From Catajapyx aquilonaris (lineage: Eukaryota), in the NCBI GenBank assembly GCA_000934665.2, contig KZ538006.1, positions 248,001 through 312,000 of the forward strand: a stretch of DNA of 64,000 nt, given 5' to 3'. Of the stretch, positions 27,678 through 41,270 are shown piece after piece. The notes under the pieces were generated by a model. The model was given only the letters and a program-made list of their open reading frames with translations, made no database searches and was not told where the DNA came from. Every line of letters starts with the position of its first letter. Within the stretch, counting starts at the first letter, position 1. The translations under genes and the position numbers were made by a program.

Positions 27678-30600
27678 TTAGGACGATGGTTGTGGTGCTG
27701 GTCTCCTCAGCCTGGCTCCAGGTCGCTTACCTCTGATACGTTGTTGCAAAAGGGCAAGTCCTCTAGGGGCCTCGCTGGATGGTGGTGCATCTTCCTGGGT
27801 TTCGCCTGTTGGTGAGAGTAAACAAGAATGTTACAAAAAAAAAAACACTGGCTTTTTTCTTCTTCTTTTTCCACCATTGTTGATGGGCAGTCGAGTGCAG
27901 TGGAAGGACAACCAGCAAGGGGGCTATTATTGTTGTTGCTTGGTGGTCATTAATTTTACAGTTACTTCCAGACGGTTTTTTTTATGTAGCGTGACGGAAC
28001 CTACTTTTTGTAGGTGACATTTTGTCAAATGTTCTTCGGTTATTTTGTTATTAAAAAAAAAAAACGATGCAAGAATGCGGTTAATTGAGGTCTATGGGTG
28101 ATATCATCACGAGCCTTGGGAGATAAAAATAGAATAGGTGCAGTTAAGGTTTTCCTTTTTTAGACGCTAATTAAATTCGGCGTCTTGCTGTTGCTGACAC
28201 ACAAAAATACTTACGCCTGCTTATAAATATACCAGCTTTGTACATACTGACATGTTTATTGTTTTTCGTCCCTGGTGAAGTGTATGGACAAAAATATTAT
28301 GCCGAAAATATTGTCAATGTTACAAGTTCAAGGATATTTTTGTGTAGTAAATATTTTGTTGAATATTACAGATTTGACAGTGCATTGTAACAACATTATG
28401 CGTTGCACATAATTAGAGAGGTTTTTTGCTTCAATTAGTTCAACATTAGGCTTTTGAAGCCATATCAGGAAATCTGCTCAATATAGGGGGTGATAGGACC
28501 TTTTCTCCCCAAAAACTACTTCTGGATCATGAGAAACGCCATGTCCATTAACCGTAGCCTTCACACCAGACTGCGTTACCTCGTAACAACTGATGTAACA
28601 AGAATTGGCGAGGTTTTTTTTTGAAGTAATGTAGCACCCACACAAGCGGACGATAAATGACAAATCCTTATAGGAGAGGAAATTCCCTAGACGCCGAGAA
28701 ATTCTTCCTTTTTGGCCTGAAACTTTCACTTTCTAAAGAGCAAGGCAGTGACAGCTCAGAGTAATAGTTTTATTACCTATTTTTGACGTAATGATGAAAA
28801 AGCATGCTACGTGCCTCGTGACACATGCTTGATTCTAATTCTACTTTCTATAACTGCAGCTTCAATTACGGATGGTAAAAATAGATTAAACTTAGAAAAA
28901 CCCTAAGGGCGCAGGTCTTCGTTCGTTAAATGGAAATGATTGTTTCAATACGAACCTGATTGTACTGGTATCTCTGTGCTGTCGACTTCTGCACCACTGT
29001 CGTCGTGTTCGGATTCTTCTGACGTAGGCGCCGGAGTCGACGACGTTGGTGGTCCTTGTCCCACCCTCCTCCTGGCCAAGAGTCCTCCACCTCTTCGGCG
29101 CTCTAGAGGAATAGGTGACGTTGGTGGAGGTGTGCTGCTGGCGCTGGCCAGTCTCGCTCTGTGCCTGAGACGACTTATGAGACCTCCTCGACCTCCTGGA
29201 GGTGACACAGCGGTGTCTGGCTGCGACTCGCCGGATTCTTCCGATGGTGCTTCAGTACCGGCGTTTTCGTGTTCTGTAAATTCAGACAATTTGTCACCTG
29301 TTGATATAGAGATGATCATATGAGCGGGCATACCTTCTTCTTCGCTGCTTGGAGCAGTTGTGGTGGTAGATGTGGTTGCTCTTCCTCTGGTGAGGAGCTG
29401 GAGTCGAGGGTTGGGTCTTGCCCCTGGTGGGCTCCTGCCCCGATGCCGGATGGGTGCTGATGTCGACGAGGGTGCGACTGATGGCTCAGCATGGTCGCTG
29501 TCTTCATCCTCGCCTGCAGGAGTAGTGCTGCTTGCACCAGGTCGTCGACGAGGGTTCAACCTTCAATATTTAATCGGTGCGTTTATACTGTATAACCATC
29601 CTAAACAATCAAGGTCAATGTACTTACCTGTGTAGGGCGGATCCGTCGGTCCTGGAAGGCAGCCTGAACCTGTTTCCTCCTCCTCCTCTGGGTGGTGCCC
29701 TGAAAGAAGGCGCCGCAGTGCTGCTGACCACCGCGTCCTCATCCGCCGGCGTCGATGACGTCTGCTGGCTGAACCTGTTCCGATTGCTGTACGCGCCAGG
29801 TCTCCTCAGGCTGGTGCTTCCGAACCGTGGCCTCTCCGTGGTGCTGCTGGTGGTCGACGTCGGTTCGTCGGTGACGCGGCCTCTTGTTCTCAGACTAGAA
29901 CCGTACGCAGGACGTCGGTTTCGGCCGCGTCCAGGGGCAGGAGTAGGCGCTTCTGTGGTGGTAGTGGTCGTGGTGGTGGTTGTTGTAGTGGTTGTCGGAA
30001 CGGTTGTGGTTGTTGGCGGCAGTGTGGTCTCAATGGTTGTGGGATCCTCCGGCTCGGTGGTGGCTCCTTCTTCGTAAGCATCCTCTGGTGCTGGAACCAC
30101 CTGGTTGGCAGTGTCAGACTCGTGGGCTTTGGACAACGCGTAGATGTCCAGCAGTGACTTCTCCAGTGCCGACACACCGCTGGCGTCGGTGGCATTGTCT
30201 CCTTCTTCGGGTACCACTCCCAAGAAGCGGACTGTGGTGTCTCCGTCTGGTATGGCATGGAAGGCCGGTACTGTCGGTCGTGGCAGGTAAGTCGCTCGTG
30301 TTCGCTCCAGACCCGGTTCTTTGCTGTTCAGTGCGTAATCATCATCCTCCAGTTCTCCAGAGTACGACCCAACATCATCGTCATCCTCATACGACGAAGC
30401 GAAGTATGTAGGCAGAGTTGGCCTGCTCCTAGGAGGGAACCGCGTTTGTTGAGGAAGCCGTTCCTCCGGTACCGACACTTCATTAGGCAGCTTTATTCCT
30501 GGAGCAGCAGGAGAAGCAGCAGCATCGACGCTGCGTCCGAAAATGACTTCGTTCTCACCGTTGTATGTCGAAGCAGGTACTCGTCCCCTGTTGGTTGAGC

Positions 30601-33600
30601 CTCGGACTCTTCCTCTGGATGACTCCAGCGAAGTGGACACCCCTTGACTGTCCTCCGCTTCTGATTCCAGTGGATCTGGAGTGATCCTGTTCCTGTTCCT
30701 TGACGACCCCCTGCTTGGTGCTCGTGTTCTGATGGCAGGCTTTGGAGTGGTTGTTGTGGTTGTCGTGGTCGTAGCCTTTGTCGTGGTCGTGGCTGTAGTC
30801 TTAGGCTTACTGGTGGTCGAACTTCGGAGTGTGTCCACTGCTGGTCCGTCGTGGCTGTTGCTGAACGGGTTCTTCTTGGTGGCGCCTTCCTTTCCGGCTT
30901 CATCATCATCGTAGTCGTAGTAGTAGTACACGTACTCGTACTCGTATTCGTCGCCGTTGGGGTTCTTCTTGAGGGTGACTTTTACTGGCTGGTTTTCCGC
31001 CGGCACTAGGAGTTTGTCTTCCAGTGGATTGGACTTGCCTGTTTGGAAGTCATGCTTATCGATGGACTTGCCGAAGAAGAGATTCTCAGCTATCAGACCG
31101 CTCTGACCGACAGTCGACGAAATTTTGTCGCTGAGTGGAGGCTGAGTGGTTGTGAGCACGGGCAATGGAGCTTCGGTGGTGGTCGTCTTGCTCTCATTTT
31201 CGTCTTTGATGTCATCCGGGTGATGAGATGGTAGCACTCCGACATCACCGTCACCTGGCACGAAATCGACATGCTCGACACCAAGACCCGCTTTTGGAAC
31301 CACTTTGACCCCAGTCTCCTCACTGTCACCCGCATCAGTGCTGATCTTCATCACTGGAGGACTTGTGACAACGCTGACCACCGTCACCACCTCCGGCTCT
31401 TCCTTACTGACGTCGACATTCCCCGACACCAAGTCCACCACCGACACATCCTTCTTCCGCTCCTCATCATCCTCATCTCTTCCTGGTCTCAGAATAATGA
31501 TGTCATCTCCAGTCTCGGTGTCGAACTTCTCAACCTGAAAGGTCTCAGGATGCTTCTTGACCATGTCCATGTCCGGCGACGCTTCTGTAGGTACGGCCTC
31601 ACTGTCTTCGCCTAACCGCCTGACTGCCCTGACTGCAGGCAAAGGCTCCTCCGTGGGTCCAAATGCCCATCTGGCATCATTGAGGTCAAACCGGATTGAC
31701 TGTGGTGACGGTACCGGTACCTCAGCCGCCCTGGACTCTGGCTTTTTCTGCTCATGTTTGCTGACTTTTGGAGACGCGCTTCTAAAGATGACAAACTCTT
31801 GCCCTGGGAGAGGTTCGGTGATCAGCTTTGGCTCCTCCTTGGGTAACTTTATGGAATCACTGCCCGGTAGTGTGTCACCTGATGACCCTCGAAGCTTTCT
31901 GGGTGGAAATCTGAACGATGGTCTGTAGTTGTCTTCTTCCTGGCGACTGGAATGCACCAGTGCCAGCAACAAGGTGCTGAAGAGTATCAGTCTGAAATGG
32001 CAAATAATAAGACAGCTATTAGGTTGTTCGCATCGTTATGAAACACCCTGTATACACACTGGCAGTGCCATTCATTTTTCTTTTTCATGTTGTCTGGTAG
32101 TATTCCAACCAGTGCTACAACAATTTATAGCTGTCCCGCAACTTTCTACGCGGTTCTATCAGTGACGCAAGGACGGGGGTTAAATCATCCGGGATACGAC
32201 TATGCGGGCCACCACTCTCCAGGAACAGACCTGTTAATCCTGTTTTTTAAAATTTTTCGAAAAGAAAATCTTCGCACAATTTGTTTAAAAAATAGGGAAG
32301 ACATTCTTCAGGAGAAAATACGTATATGGAGGAGGGAATCACACTTCCTAGAATTGTGGTGAACATGCTGTTGTTGTGTATAGCATGTCAATATATTTTG
32401 GAAATAGTCAGATTGCTGGGGTGAACAATCGTCTTCTGCACAGTATGGCTGGGCCAACCTGTATGTGTAACCAAAAAATAAATATCAAAATTAATTGACG
32501 GCATATATGAGCTTACTTTTAAGTGAAACGTTTGGTGTAACCTGACAAGAAAGTGATTCCACAGTAATCTAGTTTGATTAGACGTGTTGAGACGATTTTG
32601 AAAGGGATTCGCTGAGCTCACCTTGAACCCGAAGATTGGAAAAGTGGAGCGTGTCACTGGGAAAATTTCAGAATACCTTACCGAATACTTTTCCCCAGAT
32701 ATTCTCACCCGAATTCCGTGACCTGCACTTACGCACTTTTTCATTTTTTTAAACCGATATTAATTAGAAGGAGAGCATTGCCCCCTCTTCCCCAACTTTC
32801 CAATTTCAGATTACACGTGCATATAAAAGGCGTAGTCGGAACTATGGCAAAAGCAATGCATGGGAATGTCATGATGCCACCTACCAGTTCAAGTCGCCCC
32901 CCTTCACTTGCCCTTTCGGAATATCTATTGGCTCTCATCTGGTTTGAAGAAAAAAAAATACCTGTTTTGCAGCTTAAACGCATCTTGCATTATGCATCTG
33001 CTGGGGAAAAAACAGTTATTCTCATATATAGGTAGGTTTAACCTTTATGATACAAGATCTGCTGGAAGATGCTATTGTTGACAGAAATTCTGCTTATTTA
33101 ACTGCAAGTATCACTTTTAGTAGTTAAAAGTACTGATACTAAGTTTGTGCCCACTAGCATTATATGGACAAAAAATTAACCTTCTTCTTTCAATGTATAG
33201 TGAGCGCACATTCCCTGCACTAAGCAATTTTTGGCAAACTAATACAATCGTTACTCATGGACTTTTAAAAATACGTAGGCTACAATATTAGATTGGAAAA
33301 ATCGTATGGCACATGTTAGAAAAATGAGTTATTATAACTCAGCTTAATAACCATAACTAAAAATGTGTTTCTTCCTTGTTTTACCACCATTTATTTTGTG
33401 TCTATCAGCATTTGAGGTCATTCTAGAGCCATCCGTGACCCATAGGCACTTTCACTACACGTATATTTTTTAGAGCTTTACTTTGCCAGTGAGATAAAGG
33501 GCGTGACTTCAGTTCATGATCCCGGGATAGAGTATGTACGTGCCCGTGGTTTTAAATCCGGTTGGATATATACGCAAGATGCATTGAGGAATTCGAAGGG

Positions 33601-36297
33601 CGTGATCAAGAAGGGGGCTGGACCGGTTGCCACATGAAACTGACGCTCCAGAACACAAACGAGTATGACTCTTTTTTTAAAAAATACTGGTGCACCGGAT
33701 AGCCTCGCCTCCATCTGACTGAAACATGAGGCAATAAATTATATCCTGGCATTCAGTATTGTTTGAATATACTTCCTCTCTCAGGGTGAGCAACCCTTAG
33801 GATGTTGCACTAAGCCCAAGAAGGAAACATTGGTACTAATTCTGACCAAAGGGGGATCGAACTCAGGACCTGAAATGGCGTTAACCTTTTCCGCCCTTCC
33901 GCTTCGTAAGACGTTCACGTAGGCGATACCTGTCTCCTAAAACCGATTGTGCCTTCAACCTCAAGCTAGAGCTCATCAAGGTCCATGGGCGAGGAAAGTG
34001 ATGTGCCTACATATGCAAATCAGTTCGCCTAAACACAGCAGGGGTTTTTGGTCACATTTGCATTTCAAATCCGTCTCTATGGGCACCACGGTTTTTCTGG
34101 TGGTAACAACCAGACAGCAGATTGTACTACAGGTGTCCCCGATACCTGGCTCGGTCAGTACCAGACTAAAAACCTCGATTTCACCCTGCTGCCTTGCCCT
34201 TGCTTATTGAAACTGTTGCTGCTGGATTCTGGCCATGACCCTCAGGAAGGCTGTTCAAAGCCCCTTTGGTTGGGTTTCCGGTTTCGCTTTCGCCCCCTTC
34301 GGCCCATGCCGGATTTGGCAGTGCAAGTGCGTACACACGCGTACCGGGCCTCATCACTTTCTCCGTCTGCTTTCTTCTCCCATGCACGCAAGACCAAAAA
34401 ATGTTGTCTGCCGCCTAACTGATGAAAGGTGGTAGCAACAACCCGAGGAGTCAAGGTTGAAATGCTAATTCCGTATCTTAGGAATTTCGATTAATTATGC
34501 AGTCGGAACCTGGAAGCAGTTGCATGGAATTATTCATAATAAGTTGCAGTTGTTGTAAATTTTAATGCGTTGACTGGTAGCATGACGGGTAGTCAAAAAT
34601 GTGCAGGTTCCATATTTAAAACGGGGTCGATGATATCATGTTTAATACTAGGTGTTGCGTTATTAATACATGTGATGTTGTGCAATTAATTGCCAGTTGT
34701 ACTCCCTGTTCAGGCATGCGTGACATGTTATTATTACATACATGATCACAGATATGCGAGCCATGGACCCTCGACTATCTCAGGATGTTCCCATTCCTCC
34801 AGCTGTGCGTACACCGTACTTCCTAAATGCATTGTACCGTGTCACGTAATAATTAGGATGTCTTAAGGTTTTCTTGATATTGTCGTAATCACAGTGCGGC
34901 TTACATAAATACTAGTGCTGCTGGAGGTAACGCTCCGTGATTGGGATTGATGGGGAATTACTGAGATTACTCGATTGAATTCCAAGAGCAGAATGTCGTG
35001 GCAATATTATTGATAACTGCCAGAAAGATTTACAGTTTAAAATGAGCACAAAAATGACACGCGAAACATTGTTCCAGAAACTAATCTAATATCAGTCGGT
35101 ACCCTCTTCCTATTATTTAATAGACAAAATTATTGACATTTTCGCATGTTTTCAATTACTCCTACGCAATTACGCAAATTGATAAACACCATCACTCACA
35201 CGCCAGTTTGTAATTGCTGCGATGAGAGACACATGGCTGTACTCCAGAGAAATGTCTCTAGGGCAATATTTCCTAACCTACCTGTCTCGACTAGTTATGT
35301 CGATAATACTGTGAATTTGCGAACCTAAATTGCACGCTCGCTGAATATTATTTTAGCTAATTAAGCCATTAATCCTTACACACAACTTTCTCCATTGCAA
35401 TCCGATCAATTTAATTCGCGCAATATTATGCGAAGTACGCCAAGAAAAAATTACCCATCGACCCACATCTGATAAAATGATCTGCCCCATCCCCAACCAC
35501 TGAGGCCAAAATCCTCCCTAGAGCATCTGCTTTCTCGCCCCACTTTGTCCCTTTACTTCTTCTTTTTTTTTTTACCTAACAGACCGGACTATTAAGCCTG
35601 CTAGTCCAGGACTAGTCCAGCTTGCTTTTGTTGTCTCGAAGACCAAAAGGAGAATGTTTAACTAAAAGGGGAACGATGGTATGGCACATTCTCCTACTGG
35701 CCCATTCCCAGCAGACGAAAGTGAAACTGGCTTCAAGGTCGGAGCAACTCAACCCCCCCTCACCCACCCCCTTCCCAAGTCTTTATAATAATGGCGGGGA
35801 CCCTTTTGCAGCAACAACACCCGTTATCCCAAGGTTCGAGAGGATGACCGGCAGCGAATGACCCTGATGACCCTGCATCTCTAGAACGTCAAGGACCACA
35901 CCTGCTGAATGGGTGGAGGAAACTTTTGCTTTCTGTCCGCTCGATTTCCTATATCCATCGAAGGGCAGCCGGTGTGCAACAGTATTGTACCGTTATTTTT
36001 GTAAAACTATCCGAGCAGATATCATCTGGGTCCGACCTTAATCTGGCAACTATTATAGTACGTAAAAGAACTACCTTTCCCCAAAGCGAATTGGACACTT
36101 GCCGAACGTGCAAACTGGGTCACTTGCGAAAGCGACTTCGGAAAAAAAACGAGTGGGAGACTCGTACGCTGGCATGAGGCGTTTGGGGGCAGTTGACCCC
36201 AGCTGACTAGGATTGACCTAGCAACAATGTTTAACCTTTGTCGACACCTTCAGACCAAACCTTGCCACCACACGTTCAGAGTCGAACCTTACCTCAT
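27678..36297 (-). CDS. Large secreted mucin-like, low-complexity protein (~1020 aa; poly-Thr tracts, Arg-rich and acidic blocks)
   Basis: Exons 36297-36293 (ATGAG|gtaagg), 31991-29628, 29560-29334, 29297-28956, 27805-27678 join in frame; the spliced N-terminus MRLILFSTLLLALVHS is a signal peptide. The first-exon choice is inferred. Confidence 0.8.
33842..33885 (-). mobile_element. Short tRNA/SINE-like remnant
   Basis: Minus strand ggtcctgagttcgatcccc is B-box/T-arm-like; no full cloverleaf or TSD seen. Confidence 0.3.
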
Positions 36298-39200
36298 TAT
36301 TGGAGATCCTAGATAAGATTGAAGGAACGGCCCGCGAAATGACGGAGCATCCGACGACTTCGCGCGCACTTTGCACTTTGACTACTCTCCTATAGGATAA
36401 CAGTGTCCAGGTGATATCCTGACCCACAAAAGCGCCTTCCTTCCCCTCCTCCGGAGGTGCTGGCAGAACCGAGGGGGTCGTGGTGGAGGAGGAGGAGGAA
36501 GGTACGGCTGATGGTCCGAGGAGAAGTGTTGTGTTGTGCGACAATGCCCAGCCGTTTTGGTCGACGTCCGAAGAGTGAGTTGAATCCTTCGACAGAGCAG
36601 CGGGGTTGTTGAAGGGTGCTGCTCAAGTAGCAAAGAAACTTGGTTGGGGATTGGCCGCCCGGAGAACTCACGTGGCCCACCTGTGTTAAGAAGACTGCCC
36701 ATTGGCCAGAGGCTGTTGTCACGTGAGTTTCCGGTGGGTTTCAGACCTCTTGGAAAAACGTGCCCTTTTCTTGATGATTGCCATGCGAAAAAATTATGTT
36801 GACTGGGCCTGCCAGTACAATAATAGACTAGTTTCCATCTAAAGGTTGCCACGTGCTCTATTTACTCCATATGGCCAAAGGTGTCAGAATATGGCCAAAA
36901 TCCTGCACAACTACTAAATCCGATGATGTTAGTCACTTGCAATTTGCCAATTTATCGATTGTGCAAATAGCACGGGGCTGACAGGTTGTAAACACCAAAC
37001 TGCAGTTAATAGGACATAACATGTTTCTTGCGGCACTCTGCGGATTTCATAATGTAGCCCAATGACTGTCAACAGACCCAGTATTTACTGATCACTCGTT
37101 TTCGTTAAATGTAAACAGCAAATGCGAGGAAGAAGGTCAACAATGAATGCTTTAATTTGCATGATTTGATTCCCAAAGAACATGTCCTGCATTTTTTATG
37201 TTACCTGTTGTGCGGCTGCAGGTTTGTGGGGCATCCCAGAAGAAACATTCTCAGTCGCGCAACCAAGCATCGCGACACTTAGCCCCGGGGCCAAATTAGT
37301 CATCATCCCCCCCACCCCGAATATCTCAACATACCAAGATTGGACCGTTGCGAAATCCTATTACCTTTCACACCATCACAGGGTGGTACACTGCCCAAGT
37401 CCCAACAGTGCTCATAACATAGAAGAGCATGTTTAAAAATGTGTGGCCGTGATTGTTTCCTGATTGTTGATAAGCAATCAGCAATTTCTTCATGTATAAG
37501 TTCGTTCAATTGCTATTGTGAGTATTGGGTTGTGTACCACCCTATGTCTTACACACCCACACACATATAGCGAGCTTTCCCCCGGCGCACCCATGGGTAA
37601 ACACGTACCGTACGTGCGTCTTTTATCGCCTCGCCAACTGCAGCATTGCACACGTCACAATCAAGCAAATGGGAGGTTGATCAACAATGGGCCTCCGTTT
37701 GCGCCCTTCGAATAAGTCCTCCTCCGCCTTTCTCCAGTCAGGGAAAGGTCGGAGGTGACGGCATAAAAGGTCAATTTTTAGTCTGGGCGAAAGGAAACGG
37801 TCGCACTGTGGGGTCATGGTCCAATCTGTCGCGATCATGTTACAATCACATTCTGAGAAGTTACTGGCACGCGACGAGCTCATGATTCCTTCGCCCTCGT
37901 TCTTTTTTTCACATAAGGAGAAAAGAACTACATATGTGTGTGTGTGTATGTATTTAGGAATGTTGGTGTGGAAGGGGGGGGGGGTGTGGCTGCATCATTT
38001 CGATGGGGGGGGAATTTCCGTGTTGATTCACCGCGGGATTTGGGCGATTCCTGTTCAGGTCAACTACATTTTCTGCCCTACATTGTTCTGTTGCAATTGG
38101 GGGTTCACTCGAAGTCCAAAAATTACTGAGAAATTGTTGCATCACGCACTGATTTCGGAGGAGCTTACCTTGCCCGGAGCGATAGAAATCTGGAAATAGA
38201 AATCGAACTGACGTGAGAAATGTAACGTATGTTATGGGAGGAACTGTTGTATAGAGAAATAGGCAACTCCCACACTTCTTCTTTTTAAAAAGTTTTGCGA
38301 GATAGAGAAAAAAAATCCGGTTCAACAATCGCTGCACAGGTTTCTTCGACCTTTTCCCATTTTTATTGTACGATCCATCCAAGGTCCAATCTTTTGTCTC
38401 CTTCACCTTGAAACTAGCTGTTTTTTGGCCATTACCTGAGGAATTTTTGGTAGTTTCAGTCGAATACAAAAAAAATATGGTTACATTTTAGAGCAAGGTT
38501 GTCTACTATATAAGAAAAATTCTCGAGAACCACTCAAGGCGACTGAAGAAGGCCGACGAGTAAGACGGAAGCTGCATTGCAAGAAAATAAGCGCGAGTTT
38601 TTACGTTGTGTAACTTAAACAGATATTGATCTCATTGAAGAAAAAGGCTATAAACTGAACAATTGTCTGAGCAAATTCAATAGAGGAGGAAACAATTACC
38701 GGGGACATTGCAATTACCCTAGTAACCCTTCGAAAAAAAAATAATTGCGTTCCCTTCTTTATTCCCTAGTTATTTTTGCCAAGGTCTTGAACCCAATTTG
38801 AAGCACTCCTTTCTCCTTTTGGCGACTTCTTACAGACTGGAATTTTCAATTGCCACTTGCGGGAACCCTTCAAGGGTATGACTCCGGTCTTCCTGCTTAG
38901 ATGACCTCACTTTTTGAACTTGTCAATAACTATGCCGGCAGCCTGGTTAGTTCTATAAAAGTGATAAGAGAACCTGACTCTAGCAAGGCTTTTTTTCCCC
39001 CCCTTAATTGGATGAAAAACCATGGCATTTATTTCTCATTGCGTTTTCGACCGAATACCAGAAACTACATTTCTCGCGCATACTTTCACCATCTATGGGT
39101 CAAGAAAGGAAACCCGGATAAGGCTCAATTTGGCACAAACAAATGCATAGTTTATCCAAGTCACGCGTGGAGAGAACGGGCGACACGTTTTGGGAGTTTA

Positions 39201-40273
39201 TGAGCGAAATCTTCCTCCCTGGTGACTTCCAAAGGGAGGATGGTGTGCTTTTACTCCCCCCAAAAAAGCAAGACTTCCCTATGATTCTGGGGGTGGGCGG
39301 TGTAGGTACTCACTTTCTAGGACATGAAAATGTCTTGTTTTTTGAAGAAACTACTGCTTTGCCAAGTGTTATACAACCTGTGTGTTCTTATACTTGACTA
39401 ACGACTCGTAATAAGACCGGCCTTTTATACTCCTAATTAATGCAACATGCATGAAGTGAAACATTTACTGCAACCTGCTACACACCTGCCTAGAAACGGT
39501 TTGCAACCAATATTTACTGTTTGTTCGACGACTGTTCAAGGTGTGAAGAGTAAGGGAATTTTTATATGTTGCTCGGAAAAATCCATTGGCTCAATGACAT
39601 ATTTACGAGTGTATATTATGCAAAATGAAGTTTTTGATTCGTAGCAATTTTTTGGTAATCATTTGCCATTTACAGTAGGCCTACATACTGTTGAGGATGG
39701 GAACTTTGCAACTACTTTTCACAAGGCATTAAAACTCAATACTTACATGTCATTTTGATGAAGTGTATGAAGATCTTGTATATTGTAGCAGATTTTTTTT
39801 GCGTAATCATTTTATTAACGTATATACATTGTATGTACACGATTTGATTTAATGTAGGCTACTACTTGGGCCTAATAAGAAAAGAGAGATACAGTGCGTT
39901 TCATAATATTTGTTATAATTGTAATATGCAAGAATTTCAGTTATTTTTAAAGTCTTTAAAAATATATTATTTTTCTCCTGTCATATAGGTCATAATTACT
40001 TTTGTTTAAATGGTTTATACAGCTCTACAGAAAGGGTCACATTAGGTTATGTGAATATGATTGTTGCGGTCATGAAGTATTATGTGCATTAGGATTATGA
40101 CATTAAAATATACTACAGTTGTGCACCAACTACATTCCTGCAATGAGAAACCGTTCGGCACCAGTTCTAGATGTCACCAAATGTCATCATAATATACAAT
40201 CTGAAAAAATGGCAATAATTTCTCAAACATTTTGGTGCTTCCTCCTCAATAATTGTTGCGTGTTGTACTCAGA

Positions 40274-41207
40274 TCATGCTTCGGCGTCATCGCTTCCTTG
40301 ATTTCGTCTTCGGAAGAAGCTCTTACTCCTGAATGAGAAAATGGATTAAGCACGAGTGTGGTCATGGTGTTAGTGTGACCATACCTGCGTGCTGTTTCCT
40401 CCGTGGATGTTTCAGTTGGAGTCGACGGTGCAGCCGGTACACGAGCCTTGAATGGACGCCGTGATCGCCCCCGAAATGACGAACTCTCATCATGTTTGGC
40501 TGCATCACTGGACGGAGCAGCAGTGGCTGTTCCATCATCAGAACTAGGAGCTCTGAAAGACAATAGCCAATTAGTTCATGGCTGAATCGGAGCATTGAAG
40601 TGACTCACTTGTGCCCAAAAGATCTTCCCCTGAATCCACTGGCGGTGCTCTTGTTCTTGAAAGAAGTTGCTGGAGTCACCTCCGATTCGCTGTGAGACGC
40701 GTCGGTGGTGGACGTCAACCTCTCAAGTCGACGACGTCGAAGTGTTTGCAACAGCTCGTCGTTCCTCCTGTTTGCAGCACCGTTCCTGAATCTGTGCGAT
40801 GTCTTCTTGGGCGCATCACTTTCTGGAGCTTCGGTCGCTTCACTGGCCGCCTCCTGCTGAAAAATAGTCATTGAAACAAACTGGAGCGCGTCTCGATCGC
40901 GTCTCATACCTCACGGGGTTCTTCCTCATGATGTTCTTTGGCTGGCTCGGCTACTTCTTCGGCCGGTTCTGCCGGTTCTGTCTCCGGCGACGGTTTGGCT
41001 CGACGCAGAGGGAAGCGACGTCGCTGACCAGCGTCGCTGCCGTCTTCCGGGAAGGCGACGGCGACGCACACCAACAGGAGGCTTTGAGGATGGGAAGCGA
41101 GTAAGTCATCACACCGCCACCATCACTGCGAAGAAGCAACTTGGGTAACCGTCACCAAAGGATTGCAACCACCAGTTGTCTACTCACAGGAGCCAGAGTC
41201 GATTCAT
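40274..41207 (-). CDS. Small secreted Ser/Thr/Glu/Arg-rich protein (~220 aa)
   Basis: Exons 41207-41188, 41081-40910, 40856-40609, 40552-40385, 40328-40274 total 663 nt; signal peptide MNRLWLLLLLVCVAVA; TGA at 40276-40274. Confidence 0.85.
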
Positions 41208-41262
41208 CGCGCCACTAGACTTCCTTTCTCTTCACTCGGGTCAGCCTCCGCGCCTCAACTCG

Positions 41263-41270
41263 CTTTTATA
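41263..41270 (-). promoter_or_regulatory. TATA box (TATAAAAG) ~55 bp upstream of ATG 41207
   Basis: Plus-strand cttttata in GC-rich flanks. Confidence 0.65.

Noticed and set aside
38010..38019. Single GGGAATTTCC kB-like site
   Set aside because: Isolated, adjoins a G-run, and could occur by chance.
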